From NCBI GenBank assembly GCA_964454175.1, contig CAYVSA010000039.1, positions 1 to 18,584 of the forward strand: DNA of 18,584 nucleotides, given 5' to 3'. Both the position numbers and the translations under genes were made by a program. This document shows positions 1-10,007 of the stretch, one piece after another. Position 1 is the first letter of the stretch; each line of letters begins with the position of its first letter. The DNA comes from an uncultured Pseudomonadota bacterium (lineage in GTDB: Bacteria > BMS3Abin14). The notes under the pieces were generated by a model. That model had not been told where the DNA came from. It did not search any database and saw only the letters and a list, made by a program, of their open reading frames with translations.

Positions 1-744
1 CCTACCTTTGTGGTGAAAGAGGATGAAGAAACCGGCCAGATAATACTCAGCGGGATGGGTGAGCTCCACCTGCAGGTACTGGTAAACAGGCTTCTGGATG
101 AATTCAATGTTCAGGGCAGGGTGGGCAATCCACAGGTGTCCTACAGGGAAACCGTGACCAGAAGGGTCGAAGTTACAGAAAAGTTCGAAAGGGAAGTTGC
201 AGGCAAGGAGCATGAGGCTTCCGTTACCCTGAGTCTGGAACCTGACCCCGGAAGCGGTAAGGTAAGGTTCGAGGACCGTACCGGGGATGCCTTGATCCCG
301 GCTGAAGTAATTGAGTACATCGAGGAGTTCGTGGAGGAGGGTTCTGGAAGCGGAGCCAGGGCCGGTTATCCCGTGATAGATCTAAAAGTCGCCCTCCTGA
401 AGGCCACCTACAACCCGGAAAAGTCCAGCGAACTGGCTTATCGGGCCGCGACAGTAGGTGCCCTCAGCAGGGGCCTCAGGGATGGAGACCCGGTTTTGCT
501 GGAGCCGGTCATGGCCGTTGAAGTCGAGTCGCCTGATGAATACACAGGTGAGATAATGGGTTCCCTCACCATGAGAAGGGCAGCTATTGAAGGAGTGAGG
601 AGGCAGGGCCAGATAGAGGTTATCGATGCCCTGGTTCCCCTGAAGGAAATGTTCGGCTATACAACGACTCTGAGGTCGGTCACTCAGGGGCGGGGAACGT
701 TCACCATGGAACTTTCCAGGTATAACCCGGTGGAGGAGGCATGA
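1..744 (+). CDS. fusA: Elongation factor G family protein, C-terminal part (end of domain III, domains IV-V); divergent EF-G paralog, 5'-truncated by the window
   Basis: Frame is open from base 1 (PTFVVKEDEETGQ). EF-G motifs SGMGELHL, NPQVSYRETV, GYPVIDLKV, LLEPVMAVEV, VPLKEMFGY and LRSVTQGRGTF are present. Not followed by tuf, and the domain IV loops are divergent. Confidence 0.92.
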   Translation, partial: PTFVVKEDEETGQIILSGMGELHLQVLVNRLLDEFNVQGRVGNPQVSYRETVTRRVEVTEKFEREVAGKEHEASVTLSLEPDPGSGKVRFEDRTGDALIPAEVIEYIEEFVEEGSGSGARAGYPVIDLKVALLKATYNPEKSSELAYRAATVGALSRGLRDGDPVLLEPVMAVEVESPDEYTGEIMGSLTMRRAAIEGVRRQGQIEVIDALVPLKEMFGYTTTLRSVTQGRGTFTMELSRYNPVEEA

Positions 745-1556
745 ACTCGTATGTTGTCTTTACAGATCTTGACGGCACTCTCCTGGATCACGACACGTAC
801 AGCTTCCGGAGAGCGCTCCCGGCCCTCGATACTCTCATCAGGAGGGACATCGCCGTGGTACCTGTGAGCAGCAAAACTTCTGCAGAAATAAGACGCTGGA
901 TGAAGCTTCTTTGCCTTTCCGGGCCGTACGTCTTCGAAAACGGCGGCGGGGTGTTCATTCCTGAAGACTACTTTGCCAGTGAAGTGGAAGGGTCTGTGAG
1001 AGACGACTCAGGGATCAGGGTGTCAATAGGTGATGATATAAAAGTGGTCCGCAAGGCGCTCCAGAGGATCTCAACCAGCACCGGAATAAAAGCAGCGGGT
1101 TTCGGCACCATGACTGCAGACCGCATAAAAGCGCTGACAGGTTTGAAGGCATCAGAACTGTCAGCGTGCACAATGAGGGGATACGATGAGCCCTTTGTCC
1201 TGGATGATGATAAAGATACGGCGACTTTTTACCGAGAGGCCGAAAAAACAGGATTCACGGTGACCAGGGGCAGCCGGTTCCATCACCTCTCCAGCGGTTG
1301 TGATAAAGGGAGGGCGGTAAGGTTGCTCACCGGGCTTTACCGTAAGTCGGACCCGGATATTGTAACAGTCGGCATTGGAGACAGTGCCAACGACCTTCCC
1401 TTCCTCACTGAAGTTGACAGTGCTTTTCAGGTGATGCAGCCTGGCGGGGTTTACGATGACGGGATACCGGAGAATGGAATTAAAAGGGTTCCCGGTATCG
1501 GTCCGCACGGCTGGCGAATTGCTGTGGAGGAGGTCCTTTCAGTTGTCCGGGATTGA
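741..1556 (+). CDS. HAD-IIB hydrolase, mannosyl-3-phosphoglycerate phosphatase (MpgP/YedP)-like
   Basis: Motif I FTDLDGTLLD, SSKT, FENGG, R-x-Y-D-E-P-F, DKGRAV and motif IV GDSANDLPFL. ATGA overlap with the fusA stop codon. Confidence 0.8.
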   Translation: MNSYVVFTDLDGTLLDHDTYSFRRALPALDTLIRRDIAVVPVSSKTSAEIRRWMKLLCLSGPYVFENGGGVFIPEDYFASEVEGSVRDDSGIRVSIGDDIKVVRKALQRISTSTGIKAAGFGTMTADRIKALTGLKASELSACTMRGYDEPFVLDDDKDTATFYREAEKTGFTVTRGSRFHHLSSGCDKGRAVRLLTGLYRKSDPDIVTVGIGDSANDLPFLTEVDSAFQVMQPGGVYDDGIPENGIKRVPGIGPHGWRIAVEEVLSVVRD

Positions 1557-2223
1557 AAAAAAGATCGGGTACCGTTTCCGTGACAGCCACTTGCTGGATC
1601 TGGCCATGACCCACGCTTCTTCACTGAAGGAGAAAAAAGTGCCGGGCATGGATAATCAGAGGCTTGAGTTCCTGGGGGACGCTGTGCTCCAACTCGCTGT
1701 ATCTCGTCTGCTTATGGACAAGTACCCTGACGCTGACGAGGGGGACCTCAGCTTCATGAGGATAGGGCTTGTTCGCAAGGAGACCCTCGCTGACATTGCG
1801 GTGGATCTGGGGATAGACAGAAGTGTGATGGTGGACAACAACCTCGCCACTATGGACTCAGCCGGTATTTCCTCTGTTGCGGCTGATGCTGTAGAGGCCC
1901 TGCTGGGAGCTGTTTACCTGGACGGCGGGTGGGAAGAGGCCTTTTCGGTGATAGAGAGGATCATGGACGACGTACCCCTGCCTGAGGGTGACCTGAGGGG
2001 AAGCAAGTCAGCCCTCCAGGAACTTATTCAGAAAAGATTCAGGGGGGAGATCCCTGTCTACTCTGTTATTGCCAACCCTGATGGGAGCGAAGAAAACCGG
2101 TTTCTTTCCAGGGTCTTCCATCGGAACAAACTGCTCGGGCAGGGTGTGGGCCGCAGCAAAAAAAGGGCGGAGGAGCACGCTGCTGAAGAGGCTCTTGACA
2201 TGCTGAGAGACAGTTCAGAATGA
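1543..2223 (+). CDS. rnc: Ribonuclease III
   Basis: Signature NQRLEFLGDAVL, ADAVEALLGAVYLDGG, and a C-terminal dsRBD (KSALQE...GRSKKRAEEHAAEEAL). Start moved from the ORF-track 1456 to the in-frame TTG at 1543, which follows GGAGGAGG (1526-1533). Confidence 0.95.
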   Translation: MSGIEKKIGYRFRDSHLLDLAMTHASSLKEKKVPGMDNQRLEFLGDAVLQLAVSRLLMDKYPDADEGDLSFMRIGLVRKETLADIAVDLGIDRSVMVDNNLATMDSAGISSVAADAVEALLGAVYLDGGWEEAFSVIERIMDDVPLPEGDLRGSKSALQELIQKRFRGEIPVYSVIANPDGSEENRFLSRVFHRNKLLGQGVGRSKKRAEEHAAEEALDMLRDSSE

Positions 2224-3110
2224 AGAGTTTCAGGTCCGGGTTTGTTGGTATTATAGGCAGACCCAATGTGGGCAAATCGACACTTTTGAACCGCCTGTGC
2301 GGAGAGAAAATCGCGATAATCTCTGAAAAACCGCAGACTACAAGGAATCGCATACTGGGTGTCCTTCACAGGCCGGGCTCCCAGGTCGTATTCGTGGACA
2401 CTCCCGGCATGCACGAGGAGGGTAAGGCCCTGAACAGGTATATGCAGGAGGTGATCGCAGCGGTGCCGGCGGACGCCGATATAATTATTTACATGGCGGA
2501 CGTAACCCGCGAACACGGGAGGGAGGACGAACTCGCCCTTGAAATCCTCCCCCGGGGGGGCGAAGTGCCCGTGATACTGGCCCTGAACAAGGTCGACGCT
2601 GCCGGCCGGGACGAAGTGGATAGCAGGCTCAGCGTGCTGGAAGAGAAATTTCCCTTCAAGGCCAGCTTTGCAGTCAGCGCCCTTTCCGGGAAGGGGATCG
2701 AGGGTCTGCTGGATCAGGTGACTGAGCTGCTTCCCGAAGGGGTTCCCTATTTTCCCGAAGATATGGTAACAGACCAGCCGCTGGGTTTCGCACTATCAGA
2801 GATCGTCAGGGAAAAGCTTTTTGAACTGACCGAACAGGAGGTTCCCTACGGGACGGCAGTGGTCGTTGAGGAATTCTCTGCTGAAAAAAAAGATCTGGTG
2901 GAAGTTGCCGCAACGGTTTACGTGGAAAGGGATACTCAAAAAGGAATTATTATCGGCAAGGGTGGGAGGATGTTAAAAGAAATTGGCCGAGCTGCTCGGC
3001 TTGACATGGAACGAAAACTTGGCAAGAAAGTCTACCTCGAGCTCTGGGTGAAAGTGAAAAAAGGCTGGACGGACCGGGAAGGTCTCCTGCGTCAGCTCGG
3101 TTATCGATAA
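2220..3110 (+). CDS. era: GTPase Era
   Basis: G1 GRPNVGKS, TTR, DTPG, NKVD and KH domain GIIIGKGG. ATGA overlap with rnc, in the classic rnc-era order. Confidence 0.97.
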   Translation: MKSFRSGFVGIIGRPNVGKSTLLNRLCGEKIAIISEKPQTTRNRILGVLHRPGSQVVFVDTPGMHEEGKALNRYMQEVIAAVPADADIIIYMADVTREHGREDELALEILPRGGEVPVILALNKVDAAGRDEVDSRLSVLEEKFPFKASFAVSALSGKGIEGLLDQVTELLPEGVPYFPEDMVTDQPLGFALSEIVREKLFELTEQEVPYGTAVVVEEFSAEKKDLVEVAATVYVERDTQKGIIIGKGGRMLKEIGRAARLDMERKLGKKVYLELWVKVKKGWTDREGLLRQLGYR

Positions 3111-3126
3111 ACGAGAGGATCGGATC

Positions 3127-4479
3127 ATGTATATCAGTAAAGTTGACACTCTGCTTGACAGCATCAGGAAGCTCATAAGGCGTGGAGCCAATCAGAACCT
3201 CAAAAAAATAATAGGCAAACTGCACGCGGCGGATGTTGCTCACCTGTTTCGGTACCTCAACGAAACAGAGCAGCTATTCATCTTCAACACGATCGGTGAC
3301 ATTGAGCAGGCTTCGGAGATCCTGGGCCAGGTCGACTCTCCTGTAAGCGCCATGATCCTCACCAGGATGGAACGAAAGAGGGCCTCGGAGATCCTCAAGG
3401 CCATGGACCCGGACGATGAGGTGGGGATCCTGGAGGAGGTCCCTGTAGAGATCAGGGAGGAGATCCTCAGCTTCATGTCCGCCTCGGACACCGAGCGGGT
3501 CGAGGAGCATTTCCAGTACCCTGAAGACTCCGCCGGAAGGATCATGACACCTGGTTATTTTGCCCTCGAAGAAGAAACCACCGTAGGTGACACCATAAGG
3601 AAGCTTCAGAAACTGGGCGAGGGTTCCATAGAAATGGTCTTCTACATTTATGTCACCGACGCTCGAAATCACCTGGTTGGCGTCTGTTCTCTCAGGCAGC
3701 TGCTTCTGGTATCCCCTGAAGCGCGCCTCAGGGAGATCATGACCCAGGAGGTGTTGAGCGTTGACCTGGAAACAGACCAGGAAGAGGTGGCAAAAGTAGT
3801 CGAAAGGTACGATCTGCTGGCAGTACCCGTGGTTGACAGCGAGAACAAGCTCCAGGGAATCGTTACTGTGGACGATATTATTGACATCATCAGGCATGAA
3901 GCGACTGAGGACTTTCTGAGGCTGGTGGGAACCGGAGACGAGTATCTTTCCCGGTCCATATTCAGGCGCGCCAGAATGAGGCTGCCGTGGCTGGCCGTTG
4001 CGTTCCTGGGGGAGATCGTGGGCATCCAGTTCCTCCACATGTTCAACGCGACCCTGGACCAGATAGTGGCCCTGGCAAATTTTCTGCCCATCATCCTTGC
4101 CATGGGAGGAAATATCGGCAGCACTTCAGTGGCCATTGTTGTCAGGGGTCTTGCCACAGGAAGGCTCAACGTGAAGGAGCTGGGAAAAGTTATCATGAAG
4201 GAACTGGGGGTCGCGGTCCTCCTTGGCGCACTTTACGGGGCACTGCTCTTTGCACTGGCCTTCTTCCAGTTTGGCGACATAAACCTTCTTGGTTTTGTTG
4301 TGGGCTCCAGCCTGCTCATATCCATGATCATGGCGGCGGCGATCGGCACACTGATGCCTATAATGCTCCATCTCATGAAAGTGGACCCCGCCGTTGCGAC
4401 CGGGCCCTTTGTCACCAGCGCAGTTGACAGCCTTGGCATCCTGGTGTACCTGGGCCTGGCGACCATGGTCCTGATCTAA
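3127..4479 (+). CDS. mgtE: Magnesium transporter MgtE
   Basis: N-terminal helical domain, CBS pair (SAGRIMT...YDLLAVPVVD...GIVTVDDI), and transmembrane region with MGGNIGS and DPAVATGPFVTSAVD. Confidence 0.95.
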   Translation: MYISKVDTLLDSIRKLIRRGANQNLKKIIGKLHAADVAHLFRYLNETEQLFIFNTIGDIEQASEILGQVDSPVSAMILTRMERKRASEILKAMDPDDEVGILEEVPVEIREEILSFMSASDTERVEEHFQYPEDSAGRIMTPGYFALEEETTVGDTIRKLQKLGEGSIEMVFYIYVTDARNHLVGVCSLRQLLLVSPEARLREIMTQEVLSVDLETDQEEVAKVVERYDLLAVPVVDSENKLQGIVTVDDIIDIIRHEATEDFLRLVGTGDEYLSRSIFRRARMRLPWLAVAFLGEIVGIQFLHMFNATLDQIVALANFLPIILAMGGNIGSTSVAIVVRGLATGRLNVKELGKVIMKELGVAVLLGALYGALLFALAFFQFGDINLLGFVVGSSLLISMIMAAAIGTLMPIMLHLMKVDPAVATGPFVTSAVDSLGILVYLGLATMVLI

Positions 4480-4501
4480 CCAGCACCGGAAGGTCCTTAC
4501 A

Positions 4502-5266
4502 ATGCCCTCATCCCAGCAGGCGTTAGAAGCGGTGGTGCTGTCTTTTACTGATGTGGGGGAAGAAGACAGGATCGTTACCTTCCTGACGAGGGAGCGCGGC
4601 CTTCTCAGAGCGGCTGCATCCGGTGCAAGGAGCCTCAAAAAGGGCAGGGCTGCATCCCTGGATCTTTTTGCAGTGACGATGGTTGATGTTCGGGCGCCAG
4701 GCAGGTCACGCAAGCTCTCCAGGGTCAGGTCGTCAAGCGTTCTGGAAGCCAACCTGCCCATAAGAGAGGACTACAGGCTGCTGTGCGCCGCTTCGTATAT
4801 AGCGGAGCTCCTCATTCGAAGCGCCCAGGAAAATGACCCCGCTGAAGGTGTATACAGCCTGATGTTATACTGCCTGAGAGCCCTGCAGGGCAGGGTTGAT
4901 CCCCACAGGATCCTGCTTATTTTCGAGTTGCGGCTTCTTGGTGAGATGGGCTGGGTCCCTGAGCTTGAAAGCTGCCTGATATGCGGGAAGGATGTCGGAG
5001 CAGGAGCTTTTTTCAGCCCCAGGGACGGCGGCGTAGTTCACGGGAAGTGCACCACCATGAACTCACTGAGTGTGGTTAGCGCAGGGGACCTGGCGTCTCT
5101 CAGGTTCATAGCCGGTAAGCCATTGGGATCCATGGGCAAGCTGGGTTTGACAGACAGGAAGGCTCGCGAGCTGTTTTATACAGTCCATTCTTTCACTACT
5201 CACCATCTTGGATTCGAACCCCGGACGTTGGCCACGGTCAGGAACCTCTCATCTGACCGGGGATGA
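4502..5266 (+). CDS. recO: DNA repair protein RecO
   Basis: N-terminal OB-fold pattern (GEEDRIVTFLTRERG...GAR), FELRLLGEMGWVPEL, and a zinc-finger-like CLIC...HGKC. Lies downstream of era and upstream of glyQ. Confidence 0.92.
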   Translation: MPSSQQALEAVVLSFTDVGEEDRIVTFLTRERGLLRAAASGARSLKKGRAASLDLFAVTMVDVRAPGRSRKLSRVRSSSVLEANLPIREDYRLLCAASYIAELLIRSAQENDPAEGVYSLMLYCLRALQGRVDPHRILLIFELRLLGEMGWVPELESCLICGKDVGAGAFFSPRDGGVVHGKCTTMNSLSVVSAGDLASLRFIAGKPLGSMGKLGLTDRKARELFYTVHSFTTHHLGFEPRTLATVRNLSSDRG

Positions 5267-5332
5267 CTTAATGTTTATTGACCGTATTTCGTGTCAAAAA
5301 GGCCATAGTAGTAATTAAAAGGATTGCAAAGC

Positions 5333-5362
5333 TTGAATTGTGGCGCTTTTCCAGTTTATAAT
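5333..5362 (+). promoter_or_regulatory. Putative sigma70 promoter for glyQS
   Basis: TTGAAT (5333-5338), 18-bp spacer, perfect TATAAT (5357-5362), with AT-rich sequence upstream. Confidence 0.6.
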
Positions 5363-5446
5363 CCGTGCCTTGTCCGGCCTTCTGTCGGATCATAGACCTC
5401 TCGCCTGGTAGACATGGCGGCGGTGACCTTAACGAAGGAATCAAAA

Positions 5447-6354
<908 letters not shown>

Positions 6355-6358
<4 letters not shown>

Positions 6359-8424
6359 CCCGTGAATTCGTTCTTGAAATAGGTACAGAGGAGATACCGG
6401 CAAGTTACCTGCCGCCTGCCCTCAAGCAGATCAAGGCCCTGGCTGCAAAGGAGCTTAAAAAGGAGCGTATTTCCTGCGGTGAGATAAGGTCTTTTGCCAC
6501 ACCGCGCAGGATCACGCTTCTGATCAGGAAGGTGAGCGAAGCGCAGGAGGCCCAGGAACACGAAGTGATGGGGCCCGCTGTGGCTGTTGCATATGACGAT
6601 AAAGGCAAGGCCACAAAGGCTGCAGAGGGGTTCGCCAGGGGCCAGGGTGTTTCTGTGGGCGACCTGAAGAAGGTCAAGACTCCCAAGGGGGAGTATGTAG
6701 CCGTGGTGAAGAAAGAGGCCAGCTCGCCTTCGGTTGATGTCCTCTCCTCGGTCATTCCCAGGATCATAACGTCACTTCATTTTCCGAAAATGCAGCGGTG
6801 GGGCTATCTAAACCTTCGCTTCCCGAGGCCGATCAGATGGCTTTTGTGCCTCTTCGGTGATGACGTCGTGAATTTCGACCTCGAGGGGATCGCATCCGGG
6901 AGGCTCATGTTCGGCCACAGGTTCCTTGCTCCCGGTCCCTTCGAAATTAAAACAGCAAAGGACTACCTGAAAACAGTCAAGAAGGCCAGGGTCGTTCTGG
7001 ACCAGGATGAGAGAAGAGAGATCATCAGGAAGGGTGTTGCCGACGCGGCCGCCGAGGTCAATTGTGTACCCATCGAGGCAGAAGACCTCATCGATGAAGT
7101 TACCTACCTGGTGGAATACCCCGTTGTACTCCGTGGGACCTACGAGAAAAAGTACCTCACACTGCCCAGGGAAGTGCTCACCACATCTATGAGCTCCCAC
7201 CAGAGGTATTTTTCCCTCACAGATAAAAAGGGCAGCCTGAAGCCTTATTTCATTACCATCAGCAATACCATCACGAAAGATGACGACGTTGTGATCAAAG
7301 GTAATGAGAGGGTCCTTCGGGCCCGGCTGGAAGATGCCATGTTCTTCTTTGCTGAAGACAGAAAGGTTTCCTTAAAACAGAGAGTAGAGGAGCTAAAGGA
7401 CGTCGTCTACCAGGAAAAGCTGGGCACTTCCTACGAAAAATTCGAGCGGTTCGGTGCCCTGGCAGAGTATCTCGTCAACCAGGTATCGCCTGACAACCTC
7501 AAGGAAGTCAGGGAGGTTGCACTCCTGTGCAAGGGCGACCTCGTAACCCAGATGGTGGGCGAGTTCGCCGAACTCCAGGGTGTTATGGGCAGGGAGTACG
7601 CCCTTCTGGAGGGTTTTGACAAGGTTGTAGCCCAGGGGATAGTCGATCACTATCTGCCCAGGTTCTCCGGCGACAGGTCACCTGGAACCGTCGGGGGGGC
7701 AGCGGTGAGCATCGGTGACCGCCTCGATACCGTCTGCGGCTGCTTCGGTATAGGTATAAGGCCCAGTGGAACGGCCGACCCATATGGCCTTAGACGCGAC
7801 GCCCTCGCCATCATCGCTATCCTCATGGACCGGGGCTGGAGAGTGTCCCTTACCGACCTCATGACAAAGTCCCTGAAGCTGCTCAAGGGAAAGATCGAAA
7901 AAGACCCGAAGGAGACCATGGAGTCGCTGAAAGAATTCTTCATGGGAAGGCTGATTAACCTGTTCACCGGAAGGGGATACAGGCACGATCTCGTCCAGGC
8001 GGTCCTGGCAGACCACTGGGACGACCCGGTAGATGCTGCCGCGAGGCTCGACGCAATGACCGAGTTTGCAAAGGAGACCGACTTCGCCGACCTTATGCTC
8101 TCCTTCAAGAGGGTTATGAATATCATCCCCGAGGGTTTTTCAGGAAAACCCGACAAAAGGAAAGCGACCGAAGCGGTGGAGAAGAAGCTCCTCGAGGCCG
8201 CCGGAAAGGTGGGCAAAGAGGCCACCGACCTTGCGGAAAAAGGCGAATACGGCAGGGCTCTGGAGAAACTGGCCAGGCTCAAAGGGCCGGTGGACAACTT
8301 CTTCGACGGAGTAATGGTCATGGACAAGGACAAGGCAAAGAAGCAGAATCGCCTGGCCATCCTGTCCTCGGTCTCGTCCCTCTTCGCCCAAGTGGCGGAC
8401 TTCAGAAAAGTAGTGACAGAATAG
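6355..8424 (+). CDS. glyS: Glycine--tRNA ligase beta subunit
   Basis: [71 protein letters not shown]...NRL. ATGA overlap with glyQ. Confidence 0.98.
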
Positions 8425-8464
8425 TTTAAGTATTTCGTGTAACAGGTTGTTATATAGAGTAATT

Positions 8465-8500
8465 AACGGGGTGCTTTAGCAAGTGCCCCGTTTTTATTTT
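8465..8500 (+). terminator. Rho-independent terminator after glyS
   Basis: Stem AACGGGGTGCTT / AAGTGCCCCGTT (two G-U pairs) with loop TAGC, running into TTTTTATTTT. Confidence 0.85.
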
Positions 8501-8505
8501 GTGAT

Positions 8506-8746
8506 TTGGATATTGGAAATTGGGGGAACCAGGCTACAGGCGGTAAGCTATAGGCTTCAGGCTTGGGGCAATAGGCGATAGGCAATGGGAAGGGAATAAG
8601 TAGAGATAGGCTGAAGGCTGGAAGCTTTAGGCTAGAGGCTGTAAGCTATAGGCTGTAGGCTAGGGACAATGGGACCTGGAACCTGGGACTTGGGACCTGG
8701 TACTTGGGACCTGGGACCGATTTTTTACTGCCAGAAACAAGAAACT
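8506..8746. repeat. Degenerate heptanucleotide tandem array with mixed unit classes
   Basis: 8530-8718 parses into 27 consecutive in-phase 7-mers: mostly TAGGCTN-like, then TGGGACC-like. Preceded by TTGGATA TTGGAAA TTGGGGG (8506-8526) and followed by CAGAAAC AAGAAAC (8732-8745). Confidence 0.9.
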
Positions 8747-8798
8747 ACTTTCAAGAGATCATTGAACCATCTCGATAAATATGCTTCACTAACACGCC

Positions 8799-9947
8799 AT
8801 GCTCAGAATTGAAATGGAAAAAAAGGAGGCCAAAGAGCTCTCCTCCCTGGCTGCCTTGAATTCCCTGTCCAGGGGGCGCCAGTATCCGGAAGAAGAGCAT
8901 GAGTACCGCCTTGCATTCCAGCGTGACAGGGACAGGATAGTCCACTGCAGCGCCTTCAGGAGGATGGAGTACAAGACACAGGTCTTCTTTTACCACGAGG
9001 GTGACTATTTCAGGACGAGGCTGACCCACTCGCTGGAAGTCGCGCAGATCAGCAGGTCTGTTGCGTTGGCGCTGAACCTTAATGAGACGCTCGCCGAGGC
9101 CCTGGCCCTTGCCCATGACCTGGGTCACACTCCCTTTGGCCACTCCGGAGAAAAGACCATGGATCTTCTTATGAAGGACCATGGCGGATTTGAACACAAC
9201 CTGCAGGCCCTCAGAATAGTAGATCTTCTCGAGTACAGATATCCACAGTTTCCGGGACTCAACCTTACATGGGAGGTGAGAGAGGGTATAGCCAAGCACA
9301 GCACCGAGTACGACACACCGGAGACGAACCAGTTCGGTGACAGTCAGCCCTCCCTGGAGTCCCAGATCGTGGAGCTTGCCGACGAGATCGCCTACAACAA
9401 TCATGACCTGGACGACGGCCTGACGTCGAAGATGATAAACCGAAGGCAGTTAGAGGACGTGGAAATCTGGAAGAGAGTCACTGGCCAGATACTGCGTGAA
9501 ACCCCTGCCATCAGCAATACCATGCTCAGACACACAGCTATTCGAAGGATCATCAACTGGCAGGTGGGGGACCTTGTATCCAACATCCATCGGAATCTTG
9601 ATGAGATGGGGATCGAGAACCGCGATGACCTCTATGGGGCAGATCGCAGGGTGGCCGGGTTCAGCGGGGAGATGATGGACCTTAACCGGGAACTGAAGGC
9701 TTTTCTCATGGATAACCTCTACAATCACTACAGGGTTATTCGAATGTCGGAAAAGGCCCAGCGGATCCTCAAGGATCTTTTCTGTGCCTACCTGGAAAAG
9801 CCGCGCCAGCTCCCCCCGCACGTTTTTGAGAAGGTTCAGAATGACGAACCTGTCGAAAGAGTTGTTTGCGACTACATGGCCGGAATGACCGACAAGTTCG
9901 CCCTGGACGAGCACAAGAAGCTTTTCGATCCCATGGAAAAGGTCTAG
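8799..9947 (+). CDS. dgt: Deoxyguanosinetriphosphate triphosphohydrolase (dGTPase-like HD protein)
   Basis: FQRDRDRIVH, KTQVF, RTRLTHSLEV, HD motif AHDLGHTPFGHSGE, FEHN, ADEIAYNNHDLDDG, DYMAGMTD. Confidence 0.93.
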   Translation: MLRIEMEKKEAKELSSLAALNSLSRGRQYPEEEHEYRLAFQRDRDRIVHCSAFRRMEYKTQVFFYHEGDYFRTRLTHSLEVAQISRSVALALNLNETLAEALALAHDLGHTPFGHSGEKTMDLLMKDHGGFEHNLQALRIVDLLEYRYPQFPGLNLTWEVREGIAKHSTEYDTPETNQFGDSQPSLESQIVELADEIAYNNHDLDDGLTSKMINRRQLEDVEIWKRVTGQILRETPAISNTMLRHTAIRRIINWQVGDLVSNIHRNLDEMGIENRDDLYGADRRVAGFSGEMMDLNRELKAFLMDNLYNHYRVIRMSEKAQRILKDLFCAYLEKPRQLPPHVFEKVQNDEPVERVVCDYMAGMTDKFALDEHKKLFDPMEKV

Positions 9948-9974
9948 CCTCCTTTTCTTCCTCCACCCCCGCCC

Positions 9975-10002
9975 TTGACTTGGGCGCCATCCACAGTAAC
10001 AT
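9975..10002 (+). promoter_or_regulatory. Putative sigma70 promoter upstream of the structured repeat and cytochrome gene
   Basis: TTGACT (9975-9980), 16-bp spacer, TAACAT (9997-10002). Confidence 0.5.
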
Positions 10003-10007
10003 TGTTA

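Noticed and set aside
5363-5446. T-box or glycine riboswitch in the glyQS leader
   Set aside because: The leader is only about 80 nt, with no T-box consensus, terminator or recognisable aptamer.
8799-9947. dGTPase as an anti-phage defence gene
   Set aside because: It is a compact housekeeping-type enzyme in a core gene context with no defence-island neighbours. A phylogeny would be needed to argue otherwise.
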